64,000 nt of DNA. Source: the human T2T-CHM13v2.0 reference genome, Homo sapiens. The notes below the pieces were generated by a model that saw only the letters and a program-made list of their open reading frames with translations, had not been told where the DNA came from and made no database searches. The stretch is taken from NCBI RefSeq assembly GCF_009914755.1, contig NC_060936.1; one strand, written 5' to 3'. The first letter of the stretch is position 1. Each line of letters begins with the position of its first letter. This document shows, piece by piece, positions 49,306-62,934 of the stretch. The position numbers were made by a program, and so were the translations under genes.

Positions 49306-50009
49306 AATGTTGAATTCTCCTTGCATCTTTGGAATAAACTCCACTTGGACATAATGTAGAATTCTTTTTCTATATTGTTGAATTCTATTTGTTAATATTT
49401 TGTTAAGGACTTCTACATGTATATTAAAGAGGGATATTGGTCTGTGTTTTTCTTTTTTGGACTGTCCTATTCTGGATTTGGTATCAGAGCAATATTAGCT
49501 TCATAAAATGAATAGAGAAGTACCCTTTTCTCTTCTATTTCTGCAATAGATTGTATACAATTGGCGTTTGCTCTTCTTTAAATATTTGGTATAATTCTCC
49601 AATGAAACCATCGGGTCTGGAGCTTTCTTTTCTGAAAGTTGTAAAATTACTAATTCAATTTCCTTAGGAGTCATGGGGTTTTTTGAATTATCTATTTCAT
49701 ATTGCATGAGTTGTGGTAGTTTGTGTTATTTGCAGAATTAGTTCATACCATCTAAGTTGTCAGATTAATGTGTATATAATTGTTTGTAGTGTTCACTTAT
49801 TATTTTTTGATGTTTGCAGGATTTTTAGTGATATCGCCTGTTTCATTCCTGATATTAGTAATTTGTGTTTTCTTTCCTTGTTTTCTTTGTAAATCTTGCT
49901 ACAGGTTTGTCAATTTTATTAATCTTTTGAAATAACCAGGTTTTTGTTTTGTTAACATTTTTGTTTTTCTGTGTTTAATTTCATTGATTTCTACTCTCAT
50001 CTTCCTTAT

Positions 50010-51549
50010 TGAGAGGTGACAGCGTGCTGGTAGTCCTCACAGCCCTCGCTCGCTCTCTGCGCCTCCTCTGCCTGGGCTACCACTTTGGCAGCACTTGAGG
50101 AGCCCTTCAGCCCACTGCTGCACTGTGGGAGCCCCTTTCTGGGCTGGCCAAGGCCGGAGCCTGCTCCCTCAGCTTGCAGGGAGGTGTGGAGGGAGAGACG
50201 CCAGTGGGAACCGGGGCTGCACGCCGCCCTTGCGGGCCAGCTGGAGTTCCGGGTGGGCATGGGCTTGGCGGGCCCTGCACTCTGAGCAGCTGGCCGGCCC
50301 TGCCAGCCCCGGGCAATGAGGGGCTTAGCACCTGGACCAGTGGCTGCGGAGGGTGTACTGGGTCCCCCAGCAGTGCCAGCCCACCGGCACTGTGCTCGAT
50401 TTCTCACTGGGCCTTAGCTGCCCACGGGGCAGGGCTTGGGACCTGCAGGCTGCCATGCCTGAGCCTCCCACCTCCTCCATGGGCTCCCGTGAGGCCCGAG
50501 CCTCCCCGATGAGCGCTGCCCCCTGCTCCATGGCACCCAGTCCCATCGACCACCCAAGGGCTGAGGAGTGTGGGCACACTGCACGGGACTGGCAGGCAGC
50601 TCCACCTCCAGTCCCGGTGCGGGATCCACTGGGTGAAGCCAGCTGGGCACCTGAGTCTGGTGGGGACATGGAGAACCTTTATGTCTAGCCCAGGGATTGT
50701 AAATACCCCAATCAGTACTTGGTATCTAGCTCAGGGTTTGTGAATGCACCAATGGACACTCTGTATCTAGCTACTCTGGTGGGGCCTTGGAGAACCTTTA
50801 TGTCTAGCTCAGGGATTGTAAATATGCCAATTGGCACTCTATCTAGCTCAAAGTTTGTAAACACACCAATCAGCACCCTGTGTCTAGCTCAGGGTTTGTG
50901 AATGCACCAGTTGACACTGTATCTAGCTACTCTGGTGGGGCCTTGGAGAACCTTTGTGTCCACACTCTGTATCTAGCTAATCTGGTGGGGAGGTGGAGAA
51001 CCTTTTTGTCTAGCTCAGGGATTGTAAACGCACCAATCAGCGCCCTGTCAAAACAGACCACTCTGCTCTACCAATCAGCAGGATGTGGGTGGGGCCAGAT
51101 AAGAGAATAAAAGCAGGCTGCCAGAGCCAGCAGTGGCAACCCGCTCAGGTCACCTTCCACACTGTGAAAGCTTTGTTCTTTCACTCTTTGCAATAAATCT
51201 TGCTACTGCTCACTCTTTGGGTCCACACTGCTTTTATGAGCTGTAACACTCACCATGAAAGTCTGCAGCCTCACTCCTGAGCCAGCGAGCCCACGAGCCC
51301 ACCGGGAGGAATGAACAACTCCAGACGCGCTGCCTTAAGAGCTGTAACACTCACCGCGAAGGTCTGCAGCTTCACACCTGAGCCAGCAAGACCACGAACC
51401 CACCAGAAGGAAGAAACTCTGAACACATCTGAACAGCAGAAGGAACAAATTCCAGACGCACCACCTTAAGAGCTGTAACACTCACCAGGAGGGTCTGTGG
51501 CTTCATTCTTGAAGTCAGTGAGACCAAGAACCCACCAATTCCGGACACA
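50010..51549 (+). mobile_element. Solo LTR12C (ERV9)
   Basis: tgagaggtgacagcgtgctgg...ccggacaca (1540 bp); GC-rich 5' block and CCAAT repeats; 4-bp TSD ttat at 50006-50009 and 51550-51553. Confidence 0.93.
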
Positions 51550-51724
51550 TTATGTTTATTTTCTTCTTTATGTTTGCTTTGGGTTTATTTTGTATTTCTT
51601 TTTTTAGGTTCTTGAGGTAGAAGCTTAGATTATTGAGTGGAGACTTAACTTCTTTTCTAACGTAAGCATTTAGTCCTTAAATTTCTCCCTCAGCACTACT
51701 TTACTTGTGTCACACAGATTTTGA

Positions 51725-52051
<327 letters not shown>

Positions 52052-52544
52052 TAGTTTAATGTATTTTTAAATTTTAATATATTTTATCTCTGGCCCACAT
52101 GTTATTTGTAAGTGTATTTAGTTTTCAAGTGTTTGGAGATTTTCCTGTTGTTTGTTTTTTAAAAAAAATACAGACAGGATCTTGCTATGTCACTCAGGTC
52201 TTGAACTCTTGGGCTCAAGCACTCCTCCCACCTTGAAATTGAAAATGTTGAATTGAAATTGAAAAAAAGTTTTCAATTTTTATAATTTGTTAAGATTGTT
52301 TTCTCATGATATCATTTTTCTTAATATATGTTTAGTGGCTGATATGGTTTGGCTGTGTCCCCACCCAAATATCATCTTGAATCATAGCTCCCACAATTCC
52401 CGTGTGTCATGTGAGGGACCCAGTGAGAGGTAATTGAATCATGGGGGCGGGTCTTTCCTGTGCTGTGCTCCTGATAGTGAATTAAATCTCATGAGATCTG
52501 ATGGTTTTATAAAGGGGAGTTTCCCTGCACAAGTTCTGTTATTT

Positions 52545-52631
52545 CTTTCTTTTTTTTTTTTTTTTGAGAAAAAAAAAAAGTGCTGGGATTACAAAGTGCT
52601 GGGATTACAGGCATGAGCCACCACATCCGGC
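52545..52631 (-). mobile_element. Internally deleted Alu remnant
   Basis: Poly-T plus gag, then only the first ~40 nt of Alu; TSD ctgttatt(t)ctttctt. Confidence 0.75.
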
Positions 52632-52639
52632 TGCTGTTA

Positions 52640-53122
<483 letters not shown>

Positions 53123-53599
53123 CTAAATGTCTATTTGATCTTGTTGGTTGATGGTGTTGTTGAGTCCTATATTCTTCCCGATCTTCTTTCTAGTTGTTAA
53201 GCCAATTGTTGAGAGGGGTAGGTTGAAGTCTCCAACTGTAATTGTGGATTTCTCTATTTTTTCTTTCAGTCTTATTGGTTTTGCTTCACATATTTTGAAT
53301 CTCTGTTGTTTGGAGCATACACATTTAGGATTACTATGTCTTTTGGTGGACTGACCCTTTTATCATTATATAATATCCCTCTCTGTCTCTGGTAATTTTC
53401 TTTTTTCTAAAGCCTAGTGTACCTAATAATATGTCTACTCTTGCTTTTTAAAATTAATATTTACACAATATATTTTTCTATCCTTTTGCTTTCATCTTGC
53501 CTATATCATTGTATTTGAAGTGAGTTTCTTGTAGACAGCATATAGTTGGGTCATGTTTCATAATCCACTGTAACAATATCTTTTAATTGATATATTTAG

Positions 53600-54053
<454 letters not shown>

Positions 54054-54249
54054 CTATAGCATTTTTTAGTGTATGTATTTGTATAACTTTTTTATTTTTT
54101 GGTGTTTTAGGTGTGACATAATATATGCACAACTAATCACAGTCTATTGAAGTTTTCATTTTACCAGTTTGAGTGAAGTATAAAAATTATGCCTCCCTTT
54201 ACCCTCCCCTGCTTGTAATAGTCTTAGTAATTTTTCTATACACAATTAG

Positions 54250-54572
<323 letters not shown>

Positions 54573-55837
54573 AATATTTAATTTTTGTTTCCAGCATCAA
54601 ATATAAGTTAGAAAATTCAAGAGGAGAAGGGAAGTTTACTGTGTTTACCCACATTTTTGCTTTCCATGTTCTTTCCTTCTTCCTGATATTCCAAGATTTC
54701 TTCTTTTATTATTTGCTTTCTGCTTCGGGAACATCAGGTATTTTTTTAGGTCTTCTGGCAACAAATTCTTTTCATCTTTTTTCATCTGAGAATATATTGA
54801 TTTCTTCTTCATTTCTGAGGGATGTTTTTGCTGGTTATAGGACTTGAGAATAGTTGTTTTCTTTCAGTAGCTGAAGAATATGCCACTTCCTTCTGGCCTC
54901 CATGGTTTCAGAAGAAAAATCACCTGTCATTTGAATTTTCCACTTAATAGGTAAGATGTCATTTCTCTTTTGCTGTTTCCAAGGTATTTTATTGTTGTTG
55001 TTTTTAGTCTTCTGAAGTTTGACTTTGTGTATGTCTTGTTGTGGATTTCTTTAGGTTAACCTTTTTGGAATTTGTTTAACTTACTGAATCTATAGGTTTA
55101 TATCTTTTGTCAAATTTGTAGAACTTTTTGCCAATATTTCTTCGAGTATGCTTTCAGCCTTGCCTTCTTTCTCCTCTCCTCTCCTTCAGGGTCTTTTCTC
55201 ATCACATGAATATGAGATCTTTTGTTATAGTTTCACAGGTCCCTGAGACTGTGTTTATTTGTTTATTTTCTCTTTCTTTTTAGGATTGGATAATTTCTAT
55301 TTTTTTAACTTCAGTTTACTTAATATTTTCCCTGCTTCATCTATTCTGTCATTGGGCCCAACCAGAGAGTTTTAAAGTTTTGGTTACTGTATTTCTCAGT
55401 TCTAAAATTTTCATTTGATTCCTTTTTATGTCTTTTCTTTCTTTCCTGAAATGTTCTTTATTTTTTATTTATTTATTTATTTTTTTTACTGATGCTGTCT
55501 TTTCATTTGTTTCAAGTGTGTTCATAATTGTTTGCTGATGCATTTTTATGAGTACTTTAAAATCTTTGTCAGATAATTCCAGTATCCTTGTCATCTCTCT
55601 GCTGGTGTCTATTGATTGTCTTTTTAAAAATTTATTTTGAGATCTTCCTTGTTCTTGATAAGTTTTTTTTTATTGAAATCTGGACATTTGGGGGTACTAT
55701 AAGACTCTGGAGCTTATTTAACCTTCATTTTTTTTGGCTTCCTCTGACACTATTCTGGCAGGGGAAGGAAAGGGGACTACTTCATTACTGCCAAGTGAGG
55801 TTATCCAGATTTGACAAATAACTTTGGTGGCTGCTGA

Positions 55838-56564
55838 GGTCCTTTCTTTTGGCTAGAGAGAGCAAGTTTTTGTTGGGGCTTTTTTGTTTGTTTGTTTGTT
55901 TGTTTGTTTGTTTACACCCATTGGCATTTTCAGGTTGCTACCTTCTTCAGCTCCAAGTCTGAGTTTTATGAGGGGTAAAGAAATAAGTGTATCCTCTTTG
56001 CCATTGGGTATAGGTGAGAATTCTGTTTCCTCATTAGGCCTCCATTGAGATCTCCCTGGCTGGTAGCATAGGGGTGCCTCACTATGTACCCTTACCAGAG
56101 TGCTGCTCCTTATGTACCCGCAGCTCCTTATATACTCCCGTTGTTACTATGGTGGAGATGTAGAAGGACCTCATTATGATTGGGTGGTGGTGAAACTCCT
56201 GACTCTCCACACTAGGCCTCCTCTGACTCCATCCCAGTGGGGATGGAGAAGGGTGCCTTATTACTATTAGATGAGGATGGGAATCCAGCTCCGCAGCTGA
56301 TCTCCCCAACACTACATGAGAGAGGCTTCATTACCTCCATGCAATAAAAGTCTAGGCTCTCTACTCAGCCTTTTCTGATACCACGCTGATAAGGAAGTTT
56401 GGGCCCCTTTTTAAAGCTGCGCAAAGGTGGAAGTCTAGGCTCCTCATTCAGCCTTTGCTGGCATAGGTGGGAATGGGACCAGGGATTTTTCTGTGGTGTT
56501 TGTCTAGTGTAGAGCAGCTATTATCTCGAAGGTCTTTTGTCTTGCTAGGGTGTTCCTTTCCTGG

Positions 56565-56615
<51 letters not shown>

Positions 56616-56861
56616 GACAGGGTCTTGCTGTGTTGTCCAGGCTAGTCTTGAATCCCTGGCCTCAAGCAATCCTCCTGCCATGGCCCTCCAAAGTGCTGGG
56701 ATTATAGGTGTTGAGCTGTCCGGCCCAGCCTGGTCCTTTCTTTTGGCTAGAGAGAGCAAGTTTTTGTTGGGGCTTTTTTGTTTGTTTCTTTGTTTGTTTA
56801 CACCCATTGGCATTTTCAGGTTGCTACCTTCTTCAACTCCAAGTCTGAGTTGTATGAGGGG
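55838..56861 (+). repeat. Direct repeat pair 55838-55975 and 56732-56861
   Basis: Near-identical ~130-bp copies. Confidence 0.92.
56570..56730 (-). mobile_element. FLAM monomer whose tail is a (CT)n microsatellite
   Basis: Reverse monomer; TSD cctggtcctttct. Confidence 0.82.
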
Positions 56862-57069
56862 AAAACAAAAAACCAGGGAGCTTACCAACATATTGTTTCT
56901 TCGATTCTGAGGTCCCTAGTCAGTCTACCTTCTTATCTCACCTTTTAGAGTTTCCCTGTGTTTGATTTATGTATGCTGGACAGGGTTTTCTTTTGTACTT
57001 AGTAGGAGGAATAAGGAAAGTACATCTATTCTGCCTTCCTACATGTGGAAGTCTTCACAGAGCATTTTA

Positions 57070-57680
57070 ATACAGGTAATAACAGCATCTTCCTCACAGA
57101 TACCTCAAAGGACTATTGTGACAGTTAAGTAAGTTAATTGGACCATTGGAATAGTATCTGGCATGTAGTAAGCCTTACACAAGTGTTAGTTCTTCTTATT
57201 ATTAGATAAACAATATAATGTGGTTGTTGAGGGAACAGATTCTGGAACCGGACTGCCAAGGTTTAAATCTCAGCTCTTACACTTAACAATTGTGTTATTT
57301 TTACTTAATTTCTCTATGCCTAAACTTTCTCATTGTAAATGGTGATAATAATTTCTTCTTCACAGGGTTATGGTGAGAATTAAAATAATTAATATATCTA
57401 AAGCACTTAGAAGATTGCCTGACATAGAATAAGTTCTATTTAAGTATTAGATATTATTATTATTATTATTATTAGGTATTATTATTTTAAACTAAAGTAC
57501 TTTATTTTCTCCTCAAAATACCCCCATGAAGTAAGTCGCAAGGCATCATTATCTTCATTTACAAACAGAGAAATAGAAGTTCTGAGGCACACAGTGCCCT
57601 GCCCAAGGTTATAGAGAAAATAAGTGGCAAATTCAGCCTCAGTCACAGTTCTTCTGGCTTCAAGTCAACATTGAGCTGAG
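57070..57680. mobile_element. MIR fragments (both orientations)
   Basis: ttaatttctctatgcctaaactttctcattgtaaatgg; tttacaaacagagaaatagaag...gcccaaggt. Confidence 0.65.
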
Positions 57681-58556
57681 GTTTGGCAAAAGTGCAAGGT
57701 GAAAATTGGTATTCATGCTTAGAGAATGAGGTGGGGGCTTAGATGGCAGACAGGCAAGAACAGAAATTGTTCCTAAGACAGCACAACAGAAAGACGACCT
57801 GAAGAAGATGGAGAGAGTGTGGCAAGAATGTAGTTGTTGGGCTAAGTCTGAGTCGAGATACTGACGTTAAAGAAATCACCAAGATTATTTCCAGTGAGAG
57901 ATTTCCGCCCCCAAATGCATTCCGTCAGTGTCTCCTATTCACAGGGTAGTGAAGGGTGTCCTGACAGCTTGCCACTTCTCCCCGCAGGGTGGTTTTTCTG
58001 CTGTTAATAGCTCAAGAGCCTAGTTCCAAGAAACAGCAGAGGCTGCACCTTCTTTAGTTCAGAATGCCCCCAAGTCTGACTCTCAATAGAGAGGCTTCCT
58101 CCCTAAGATATTCCTACTGTTGCCCCCTACACCCTGCCAGCTTTCTGCACACTTCTGAGCCTGTCCAAGTTCAGCATGTGCCTCAGGGCTACATCAAGTG
58201 CCACCAAGCTTTCCTTGAGACACCAGCCCAGACTGAGCTTGACCCTCCCTCAATCCTGAGCATTAACCATGTCTACCATGTTTAAAGATACATCTAATTG
58301 ATTAGGCACCATATAATATCTAATTTTATGTATCTCCTGATATGTTTCATATGGGTAAGTTCTGTATTACCAGCAAGACCATGGCTCTTAAGGCAAGGTT
58401 TGCCTTATACAGTTTTTTGGGGCTGGAATAACAGCATTTGACAGAACATGATACTACCGTATGTAGTGCATCAATTAATACTTGTTAACTCTCAAACATA
58501 GGGTCACAGCCAAGCAGAGCTGCTACTATGTGGGATATATAGGGCCCCTGGAAAAT

Positions 58557-59293
58557 TGTTTATTGTTATTTAATTTTTATTTCATAATTAATAAACTTAA
58601 CTGTGCAATCCAGCTAGATGTGAAGGGGAATAGGAAAAATATAGAACCCAAAGAACTGCAGTGAGAGCACAAAGATTATAGGATATTGCGAGTAAATGGG
58701 GTGGAAGGGTGCTTTCCTGAGCTACAGAAAAAATGGTCTGGTGGTTAAGATAAAACAAGTCAAATTTACTAGCATTTTCCACAATTGGCAATGGTGATAT
58801 TCTTGCTGGTCTTGCCATTCCTGGATCCAAAGTGCTCCATGGTTTCCACAATATTCACGCCCTCTTTTATCTTCCCAAAGACAACAGGCTTGCTATGTAA
58901 CCACTCAGTCTTGGCCGTGCAGATGAAAAACTGGGAATTGTTTGTGCTGAGTCCTGCATTTACCATGAACATCACGCCAGGACCTGTATGCTTCAGGATG
59001 AGATTCTCATCATCAAATTTCTCTCTGTAGATAAGCTTGTCACCAACGCCATAACGGCATGAAGTCACCACCCTAGCATGTAAGGCCTGGAATAATTCTG
59101 TAAAAGTAAGAACCCATATAACAAAATCCTCTCTTGCCAGCTCTCAAGTACAAAATTTTCTGCTGTCTGTGGAACTTTGTCTGCAAACAGCTCAAAGAAG
59201 ACACAGCCCAAGTTGATGATGGCATCAAAGAACACAGTGGGATTGACCATGACGGGTGCAGGTGGCTCTGGGAGGCATCCATCTGCAAAGCAA
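58557..59293 (-). pseudogene. PPIA: Processed peptidyl-prolyl cis-trans isomerase A (cyclophilin A) pseudogene
   Basis: Intronless; MVNPTVFFD...[15 protein letters not shown] / YRIIPG / LKHTGPG...[13 protein letters not shown]...VVFGKIKEG lie in three frames. ATG at 59250, stop at 58769-58771. Frameshifts, an internal TAG at about 59073 and a 3-codon deletion. PPIA-like 3'UTR with AATAAA; possible TSD ggaaaat at 58550-58556 and 59294-59300. Pseudogene number not assignable. Confidence 0.95.
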
Positions 59294-59593
59294 GGAAAAT
59301 ATATGTATACATTTTAAGAAGCCTTGCCTAACTAAACAGTTTTATTGAAAATTCTTTACAAATTGTGTGGGCTCTGGAAAGTATAGTGATTTATCAATAA
59401 AAATTCAGAATAATGGGTAGAAAGGAGTAGAAGAGATGCTTACATATTTATTTATTGTCAAATCAGGGCAAATATCCAGACATCATCTCTTCCTCTTTTG
59501 GTCTAGGAATCATCTTTTCATCTTCTTTATTGTCACAGATGCCATTCCTGGATAATTTCACATTTCCCACCATGATAAAGAGATAGCGGTACC

Positions 59594-59794
59594 TTTTTTC
59601 ATGTGTCTGTTGGCTGCATAAATGTTTCTTTTGAGAAGTGTCTGTTCATATCCTTCGCCCACTTTTTGATGGGGTTGTTTGATTTTTTCTTGTTAATTTG
59701 TTTAAGTTCTTTGTAGATTCTGGATATTAGCACTTTGTCAGATGGGTAGATTGCAAAAACTTTCTCCCATTCTGTAGGTTGCCCGTTCACTCTG
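59594..59794 (-). mobile_element. L1PA inverted 5' segment (twin priming)
   Basis: Antisense ORF2 peptide [19 protein letters not shown]...MNRHFSKE; nearly contiguous in L1 coordinates with the forward segment. Confidence 0.93.
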
Positions 59795-60548
59795 GCCATC
59801 AGAGAAATGCAAATCAAAACCACAATGAGATACCATCTCACACCAGTTAGAATGGCGATCATTAAAAGGTCAGGAAACAACAGGTGCTGGAGAGGATGTG
59901 GAGAAATAGGAACCCTTTTATACTGTTGGTGGGACTGTAAACTAGTTCAACCATTGTGGAAGACAGTGTGGCGATTCCTCAAGGATCTAGAACTAGAAAT
60001 ACCATTTGACCCAGCCATCTCATTACTGGGTATATACCCAAAGGATTATAAATCATGCTGCTATAAAGACACATGCACACGTATGTTTATTGTGGCACTA
60101 TTCACAATAGCAAAGACTTGGAACCAACCCAAATGTCCATCAATGATAGACTGGATTAAGAAAATGTGGCACATATACACCATGGAATACTATGCAGCCA
60201 TAAAAAAGAATGAGTTCATGTCCTTTATAGGGACATGGATGAAGCTGGAAACCATCATTCTGAGCAAACTGTCACAAGGACAGAAAACCAAACACTACAT
60301 GTTCTCACTCATAGGTGGGAATTGAACAATGAGAACAGTTGGACACAGGATGGGGAACATCACACACCGGTGCCTGCCATGGGGTGGGGGGTTGGGGGAG
60401 GGATAGCATTAGGAGATATACCTAATGTAAATGACAAGTTAATGGGTGCAGCACACCAACATGTCAGATGTATACATATGTAACAAACCTGCATGTTGTG
60501 CACGTGTACCCTAGAACTTAAAGTATAATAATAAAAAAATGAAAAAAA
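59792..60548 (+). mobile_element. L1PA (about PA5/PA6) ORF2 C-terminus, 3'UTR and A tail
   Basis: Open 172-aa [17 protein letters not shown]...[18 protein letters not shown]...MFSLIGGN; 3'UTR ends accctagaacttaaagtataat. Confidence 0.95.
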
Positions 60549-61212
60549 TGAATTATGGCAGGCTTCAGAAACCATGCAAGTCTGGAGACAAATTGACATG
60601 TTTAAACTGCTGAGAGAAGGGAAAAATAATAACTCTCCACAATTCTATATGCAGTGTGAATATCTTTCAAAAATGAAGGAGAAATTAAGACTTTTCACAC
60701 AAAAGCAGAGAATTCATTACCCAGAAGCGGACTATAAGAAATATTAGAGGAAGTTTTTCAGGCTTAAGTTCTACATACCAGAGAGAAAGTTGGATCTACA
60801 CAAAGAAATGAAGATTCCAGAAATGGTTAAAATGAAGATAAACGTAAAAGACTTTTTCTGACTTTTAATAGCTGTAAAAGATAATTGATTAGCTAAATTT
60901 TAAAAATAGTAGTAGTGAAAACAGGGAAAAGAGTGAGTACAGGGAAAGTACAGTAGTTTTGTGGGTGTGTACCATATGTAAAAGCAAAATGTATGACAGC
61001 CATAACCCTAGTACACCAGTTGGGGCACCACACAGTGAAGAGGTAGAATACTCCTTGAATCTAGACTGTGATTAGTTTAAGATGTACATTGAAAATCTTA
61101 ATTGTGGTGGCAGTTATATGACTGTATGCATTTGTCCAAATTCATAAAGTTGTACACTTAAAAGAGTTAATCTTACCAATTATATATTATACTGCCTCCC
61201 TGCAAAAAAAAA
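60549..61212 (+). other. Putative L1 3'-transduced segment (old L1M-like fragments) with a second A-run
   Basis: Enclosed with the L1PA by a 17-bp TSD; see findings. Confidence 0.7.
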
Positions 61213-61653
61213 GTTAGCGGTACCATCATGACTCACAATGTCATGACTCTTGGGAACCTGTTTATATTGGAACCATACAGACCTGCTTGTCTCTTCAGTT
61301 CCCTAGGTCCATTTATTTAATGCTGGTTACATCATTACACATGTCACTGGATCTTCTACTGTGTGGCCTGTTTCCAATAACTCTCTCCAAGGTAATTACT
61401 GCGATTCACTGTTGATGACCACAAATGCAAGTCTCACTAAGAGAATTATGGAAAATGTGAACAATAACCCATTTTGAGGTCCTTTAGTTTAAAATTGTGT
61501 AGCATAAAGGTAGAACAGCATGTTTTCCAACTCTATCTTCTCTTGAACTCTTTGAGCTGAATGTGATCTCTTCTGATACTGACCACCCTCCTGTCTTCCA
61601 TACACCACCACTAGAATCACTTACCAAAAAAAGTTACCTTTTCTTCATGTTAA

Positions 61654-61980
<327 letters not shown>

Positions 61981-62184
61981 AGTTTTTCTTTCTTTTCTTG
62001 TGTGGCAACTTTCCATTATGCCTGGCATTCCGAGTCATGCATGTGTGCAAGGTTTTGCAAAATCTTAGAGATAGAGAAGAGGCCAAAAGATGAGGTGTGA
62101 GGGACATTTCACAAGTTATGAAAATATAAATTCAAAAAGGTATCACTAAAACTATCCTACTAAATTATATTATTGATAGCATCC

Positions 62185-62934
62185 ATTAAAATAGGCTATT
62201 ATCAAAAAAAACAACAACAAATGCAGGTTAGGATGCAGAGAAAGGAGAACACTAGTCCACTACCGGGGGGAGTGGAAACTGGTACAGCCACTGTGGAAAA
62301 CAGTATCGACCTTCCTCTAAAAACTAAAGATAGATGTGCCATACAATTCAGCAATCCCAAAAGTCACAATATCGAATCAGCCTAAGTGTCCCTCAATGAA
62401 TGGATTAAAAAAATATTGTATACATATACACAATGGAATACTATTCAGCCACAAAAGAATGAAGTTCTGTCATTTGCATTAACATAGATGGAACTGGAAG
62501 ATATTATGTTAAGTGAAATAAACCAGGCCCAGAATAATGGGTAGAAGAAGTGGAAATATTGCATGTTCTCACTCATATGTGGTAGCTAAAAATATTGAGC
62601 TCATGGATGTAGAGAGTAGAATAATAATTACTAGAGGCTGGGAAAGGTTGGGGATGGGAAATAAAGAGAGGCTGGTTAAAGGTGCAAAAATACAATTAGA
62701 AGGAATAAGTTCTAGTGTTCCATAGCATAGTAGGGTGACTATAATTAACAATAATTTGTTGTATATTTCAAAATAGCTAAAAGAGAATATTTGGAATGTT
62801 CCCAACATAAAAAATAAAAAAATGTTTGAAGTGACAAATCTCCCAATTACCCTGATTTGATCATTACACATTGTATGCATGTTTAATACATATCACACGT
62901 ATCCCATACATATGTACAATTATCATGTATCAAT
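62185..62934 (+). mobile_element. L1MA-type 3' end with internal deletion
   Basis: ggaactggaagatattatgttaagtgaaataaaccagg...ccaattaccctgatttgatcattacacattg. Confidence 0.82.

Noticed and set aside
50010-50660. Apparent CpG-island-like gene promoter
   Set aside because: It is entirely within the LTR12C 5' block and no downstream exon was identified
58769-59071. 100-aa cyclophilin ORF as a functional retrogene
   Set aside because: It lacks the N-terminal third including catalytic R55, has no ATG start, and is preceded by frameshifts and a stop
59807-60325. 172-aa ORF as a functional gene
   Set aside because: It is only the C-terminus of L1 ORF2 in a truncated, promoterless copy
60381-60402. 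G-quadruplex motif
   Set aside because: It is the standard G-rich tract of the L1PA 3'UTR
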